Shown: in pieces, positions 18,683 to 21,927 of the stretch
How the letters are laid out: every line of letters starts with the position of its first letter
How positions within the stretch are numbered: the stretch's first letter is position 1
Assembly (NCBI GenBank): GCA_022640795.1
Contig: JALCCK010000048.1
Coordinates: forward strand, 1-21,927
Length of the DNA: 21,927 nucleotides
Direction of reading: 5' to 3'
Source: Treponema sp.
Lineage (GTDB): Bacteria; Spirochaetota; Spirochaetia; Treponematales; Treponemataceae
Made by a program: the position numbers and the translations under genes
Notes under the pieces: model-generated
Seen by the model: only the letters and a program-made list of their open reading frames with translations
The model's database searches: none
Told to the model about the DNA's origin: nothing

Positions 18683-19479
18683 TATTTTACGCTTATAAAT
18701 CCGTACTTGGTGAAAATATCCAGTGCATCTGAGCTTTCAAGGAATGCAAGAAAATCTTTTGCAGCCTGTTCATGCTCCGTCGTCTTTACGATGGCAGCAG
18801 GGTATACGATAGGACGGTGCGATCCGTCGGGTGCAGTGGCAACTACCGTAACGCTGTCGGAAATCGCGGCATCGGTAGAATAGACAGCTCCCGCCTGCAC
18901 ATTGCCCTGTTCAACATACGAAAGGACCTGTCTGACGTCTTTTCCGAATACCAGTTTTCCCCCGGATTCTATATTGCCATAGATTCCGAGACTGGTGAAC
19001 ACTTCTTTTGCATAGGAACCGGCCGGAACGCTTGACGGTTCGCCGATCGCCGCCTGGGTGACTTTGTCGCTGTCGACATCGTTAAAAGACGCTATTCCCG
19101 CTGTACTTCCTTTCGGCACGATCAGTACCACTTCGTTTTTCAGGAGATCCGTTTTTGTATCGTTCATGATGAGATCCTCATCCATGAGTGCGGTCATATG
19201 TTTTTCGGAGGCAGAAAAGAACAGATCGGCAGGAGCGCCCTGTTCGATTTGTTTACGCAGTGCACCTGACGATGCGTAGGTCGGCGTTACCTTTACTGCA
19301 GGATGATTCGTTCCGTACAGCGTAATGCATTCGTTCATAGCATTGGTAAGACTCGCCGCCGCCGCGATAATGATTTCCTGTTTCGGTTCGGTTTGTTTGT
19401 TTGCATCTTTACTGCCGCCGGCAAAAAGACCTGCCGCGAATCCGATACTAATTGCTATTGCCGTAATTTTTTTTAACAT
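18682..19479 (-). CDS. modA: Molybdate ABC transporter periplasmic substrate-binding protein ModA
   Basis: N-terminal signal peptide MLKKITAIAISIGFAAGLFAGGS, followed by ...IIIAAAASLTNAM...YASSGAL..QIEQGAPADLFFSA, typical of ModA. The start is at the MLKK Met (19479) with a GGAGG RBS; the track start at 19506 lacks an RBS. Confidence 0.85.
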   Translation of the reverse strand: MLKKITAIAISIGFAAGLFAGGSKDANKQTEPKQEIIIAAAASLTNAMNECITLYGTNHPAVKVTPTYASSGALRKQIEQGAPADLFFSASEKHMTALMDEDLIMNDTKTDLLKNEVVLIVPKGSTAGIASFNDVDSDKVTQAAIGEPSSVPAGSYAKEVFTSLGIYGNIESGGKLVFGKDVRQVLSYVEQGNVQAGAVYSTDAAISDSVTVVATAPDGSHRPIVYPAAIVKTTEHEQAAKDFLAFLESSDALDIFTKYGFISVK

Positions 19480-19505
19480 AGAATACCTCCTGTGGTTTCT
19501 ATACA

Positions 19506-19534
19506 AGGTTACACTACTGAATATCAGAGGTCAA
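19506..19534 (-). promoter_or_regulatory. Candidate sigma-70-type promoter for modABC (minus strand: TTGACC-17nt-TAACCT)
   Basis: Reading the minus strand: TTGACC (plus 19529-19534), a 17-nt spacer, then TAACCT (plus 19506-19511), about 30 nt upstream of the modA ATG. The resulting 5' UTR is short. Confidence 0.3.
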
Positions 19535-19598
19535 CTACATTTTTGTAGGATTCGATAAATATTTTTTTTGTATTTTTATTCATGAATAAAATAAAGTC

Positions 19599-19647
19599 GT
19601 GCATAAATATAAAATATGTTGACAGGGTGAACGTTTATGCACATACT
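19599..19647 (+). promoter_or_regulatory. Candidate promoter (TTGACA 19619-19624, CATACT 19642-19647) bracketed by a 9-bp inverted repeat GTGCATAAA / TTTATGCAC
   Basis: A perfect 9-bp inverted repeat at 19599-19607 and 19634-19642 flanks a consensus -35 hexamer. It lies in the divergent modA / ORF137-nifV intergenic region. Confidence 0.3.
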
Positions 19648-19664
19648 TTTTAGCGAGGTATGCC

Positions 19665-20078
19665 ATGAATAACGATATAACAGAACAGGCAATTGAAGAC
19701 TGGGATAAAATGTACGAGGCGGGCAAACAGTATCGGGCTACCGCACATAAAGCCGTAGACCGTCCTGCCGTTTTTACTCCGTCGATTATCCGTAATGTTG
19801 CAGCTATGGGAATAGAATCCTATTTCATGGCTTTTTTTATGTATCAGGGAATCCTGCCGCGCAATCATACGATGCAGGATTTACTTGCTGATGCAAAAAA
19901 ACTGTTTTCAGTTGACCCTGAACTGGAGCATATACTGCTTAAAATAGACGACCAGATGCAGCTCTGTTCTCTTGAGAATTTTAAATTGACTGATGCGGTT
20001 TCTGAAGACATCCCGGAATTCCTCAAGGCTGTCGACATGGTTGCCGCCATTGCCGGCAGTGAGATTGGTAATGCCTGA
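19665..20078 (+). CDS. Hypothetical protein, 137 aa, predicted all-alpha, no recognised domain; translationally coupled to nifV
   Basis: ORF with a GAGGT RBS 5 nt upstream. Its stop TGA (20076-20078) overlaps the nifV ATG (20071) by 8 nt. No motif was recognised with confidence; a weak HEPN-like impression is not supported by an Rx4-6H motif. Confidence 0.5.
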   Translation: MNNDITEQAIEDWDKMYEAGKQYRATAHKAVDRPAVFTPSIIRNVAAMGIESYFMAFFMYQGILPRNHTMQDLLADAKKLFSVDPELEHILLKIDDQMQLCSLENFKLTDAVSEDIPEFLKAVDMVAAIAGSEIGNA

Positions 20079-21660
20079 CAGGGGGCTGCGGCGGATCCGC
20101 GTATTTGACACAACTTTGCGGGACGGCGATCAAACGGCAGGCTTTGCTTTTTCTTCGGCATCCCAGAAGGAATCGCTTGCTGATCTGATCGATTCCTATG
20201 GTGTCGACTGTATTGAGGCCGGTTTTCCGTGTGCGTCTCCGATGGAATTTGAGAGTTGTTCCCGTATTGCCGCTAACCACCTGCATGCCGAAATCGCCGT
20301 TATGACACGCTGCAGGGAAGCCGACATAGATAAAACCGTAGCCGTTTTTCGTGGAATGAAGGAACCGAAAAGTGTGCTGCATCTTTCGCTTCCGGTAAGT
20401 TCCGTCCAGATGGAATATAAACTGGAACTGGAACCGGCTGCGATGCAGGCGCTCATGATAAAATGCATACGCCGTGCAACGGGCTACGTTCAAACTGTTG
20501 AAATGGGGTTCGAAGATGCGTCCAGAGCCGATCCTGAATTTCTCTCTGAATGCTGCCGGCTGGCGATCCAGAGCGGTGCACGCATTATAAATATAGCCGA
20601 TACCACCGGCAGTTTACTGCCGGATCAGACGGCGGCGCTGGTCCGTTTTCTTTCTGATGCAGCCCCTGAATTTTCATCGGGTGCCGCGGTCCTGAGCGTA
20701 CACTGTCATAACGATATGGGGCTTGCGCTCGCGTCCGCACTTGCTGCAGTAGAAGCCGGTGCCGGTCAGCTCGAAGTTACCGCAGCGGGCATCGGCGAAC
20801 GGTGCGGTAATGTTCCGCTGGAGCAGCTTGCCTATGTTCTGGACGAATATAGCGGACGGTTCGGAATACGGACAAATCTTCGCCCGGAGCGAACAGCGGC
20901 TGTCTGCAGGACGCTGTTTACGTTTCTGGGTACCGGACTGTCTCCTTTTCGGCCGGTAACAGGCTGGAACACGGATTCTCATGCGTCCGGAATGCATCAG
21001 CAGGGAATTCGTGCAAATGCGGATACGTATATTGTTCATACTGCTGAAAAATACGGTATGGTACACCGCCGGTTCATTCTGAGCAGGCATTCGGGGACCT
21101 CCGGACTGCGTACTGTTGCGGAACAATTGTTTTCAGCCTGTCCCGGGTTGCAGCGTTTTCTGACTTCCCGGACGGCAGCCGCCGCCCTGCTAGAATCAGT
21201 AAAATCGGCCGGCGCGGACTGCAGTGCGGTCGGTATTACGGAATTGTGTAAAATACTGTACGCGCAGCAGTTACTTGTAAAGCCGCCCTATGGCTGCAGC
21301 GGTCTGTCGGTAGAGAACAGCTTTGCCGGTCGGACACGAACTGCTGTCGTGCATATCGAAATTACGGACGGGACAGAAAACTGCCGGATCTTTGACCGCT
21401 CGGGAACGTCTGCCGAAGAATGCTGCAGGCAGATTGCCGTCAGTATTCTCGATAAACCGCTTGACGTCAAAACCGTCAGCTGGTCAGGTTACAGGGCAGC
21501 GGAAATCAGTTCGTCAGAAAAAGTATGCGTGTACATGGAAATACAGACATCCGCACATGCATATGCCGTTTCACGGAACGGAACTTTCAGGGAATTAGTT
21601 TATTTCGAATGTCTGCTGGATGTTGTTAATGCCGAACTCTCTTCAGCTGCTTCTTCCTGA
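20071..21660 (+). CDS. nifV: Homocitrate synthase NifV (LeuA/IPMS/HCS family) with long C-terminal LeuA-like domain
   Basis: IRVFDTTLRDGDQTAGF matches the DRE-TIM metallolyase N-terminal motif, and HCHNDMGLALASALAAVEAGAGQLEVTAAGIGERCGN matches the HxH...GIGERAGN motif. Context is a nif cluster. 529 aa from the internal Met at 20071; the track ORF start at 19993 overlaps the upstream gene and lacks an RBS. Confidence 0.8.
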   Translation: MPDRGLRRIRVFDTTLRDGDQTAGFAFSSASQKESLADLIDSYGVDCIEAGFPCASPMEFESCSRIAANHLHAEIAVMTRCREADIDKTVAVFRGMKEPKSVLHLSLPVSSVQMEYKLELEPAAMQALMIKCIRRATGYVQTVEMGFEDASRADPEFLSECCRLAIQSGARIINIADTTGSLLPDQTAALVRFLSDAAPEFSSGAAVLSVHCHNDMGLALASALAAVEAGAGQLEVTAAGIGERCGNVPLEQLAYVLDEYSGRFGIRTNLRPERTAAVCRTLFTFLGTGLSPFRPVTGWNTDSHASGMHQQGIRANADTYIVHTAEKYGMVHRRFILSRHSGTSGLRTVAEQLFSACPGLQRFLTSRTAAAALLESVKSAGADCSAVGITELCKILYAQQLLVKPPYGCSGLSVENSFAGRTRTAVVHIEITDGTENCRIFDRSGTSAEECCRQIAVSILDKPLDVKTVSWSGYRAAEISSSEKVCVYMEIQTSAHAYAVSRNGTFRELVYFECLLDVVNAELSSAASS

Positions 21661-21927
21661 CGGTAATTTGAACACGAATAACGCAGGGAACAGGCGGTAC
21701 AGACGGCAAGCGGATCTTCTCCTTCCGTCTGAAGTTCATACCAGATTTTGAGTTCGTGTACTTCCTGAGCCGCATCCTCATCCAGCGCGTTCATTGTCAT
21801 GTTCTGCAGTGCAGTCGTCGCCTCTCTGTTAGTAAATTTGAAACCTTCCTGTTCCGCACGGCACAACAGTTCCTGTCTGCTTTCACACCGATACAGATTT
21901 TTTCGTAGTTCCGGGTCGGTTCTGCAG
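21600..21927 (-). CDS. Partial (5'-truncated at window edge) hypothetical Cys-containing protein, convergent with nifV
   Basis: The open frame continues to the window end (…CRTDPELRKNLYRCESRQELLCRAEQEGFKF…PLAVCTACSLRYSC…). Its 3' end overlaps the nifV 3' end by 61 nt on the opposite strand. No family was recognised. Confidence 0.35.
   Translation of the reverse strand, partial: CRTDPELRKNLYRCESRQELLCRAEQEGFKFTNREATTALQNMTMNALDEDAAQEVHELKIWYELQTEGEDPLAVCTACSLRYSCSNYRQEEAAEESSALTTSSRHSK

Noticed and set aside
19480-19664. Possible molybdenum-cofactor (Moco) riboswitch upstream of modA
   Set aside because: The candidate promoter leaves only a 25-30 nt 5' UTR, far too short for the roughly 130-nt Moco aptamer. 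No conserved Moco motif was recognised.

Overview
The window looks like accessory and metabolic DNA from an anaerobic diazotroph, about 47-50% GC. The nif layout resembles a Treponema- or Clostridia-type 'group III' nitrogenase cluster. Reading left to right: a LysR regulator, a MATE efflux pump, a low-GC islet with one hypothetical ORF, and the CstA transporter. Next comes a complete family-1 encapsulin nanocompartment operon: an encapsulated ferritin (EncFtn) carrying a C-terminal TVGSLR cargo-loading peptide, then the HK97-fold shell protein, then a stand-alone rubrerythrin. A 412-nt intergenic region follows, containing a near-consensus sigma-54 -24/-12 element (TGGCAT-N5-TTGCT). Downstream is a tightly packed Mo-nitrogenase operon, nifH-nifI1-nifI2-nifD-nifK-nifE-nifN-nifB, ending in a thioredoxin-like [2Fe-2S] ferredoxin homologous to the C. 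pasteurianum MoFe-protein-binding ferredoxin. A convergent modABC molybdate transporter comes next. Finally, a divergent unit has an unknown 137-aa ORF translationally coupled by an 8-nt overlap to a long, slightly atypical homocitrate synthase (NifV), which in turn overlaps convergently with a partial Cys-containing ORF at the window edge. The main hunt results are the physical juxtaposition of an iron-storage/oxidative-stress nanocompartment with the nif/mod supercluster, the uncharacterised ORF coupled to nifV, and several unexplained dyad elements in the regulatory intergenic regions. All calls are from reading the sequence and ORF translations only; no database search was possible.
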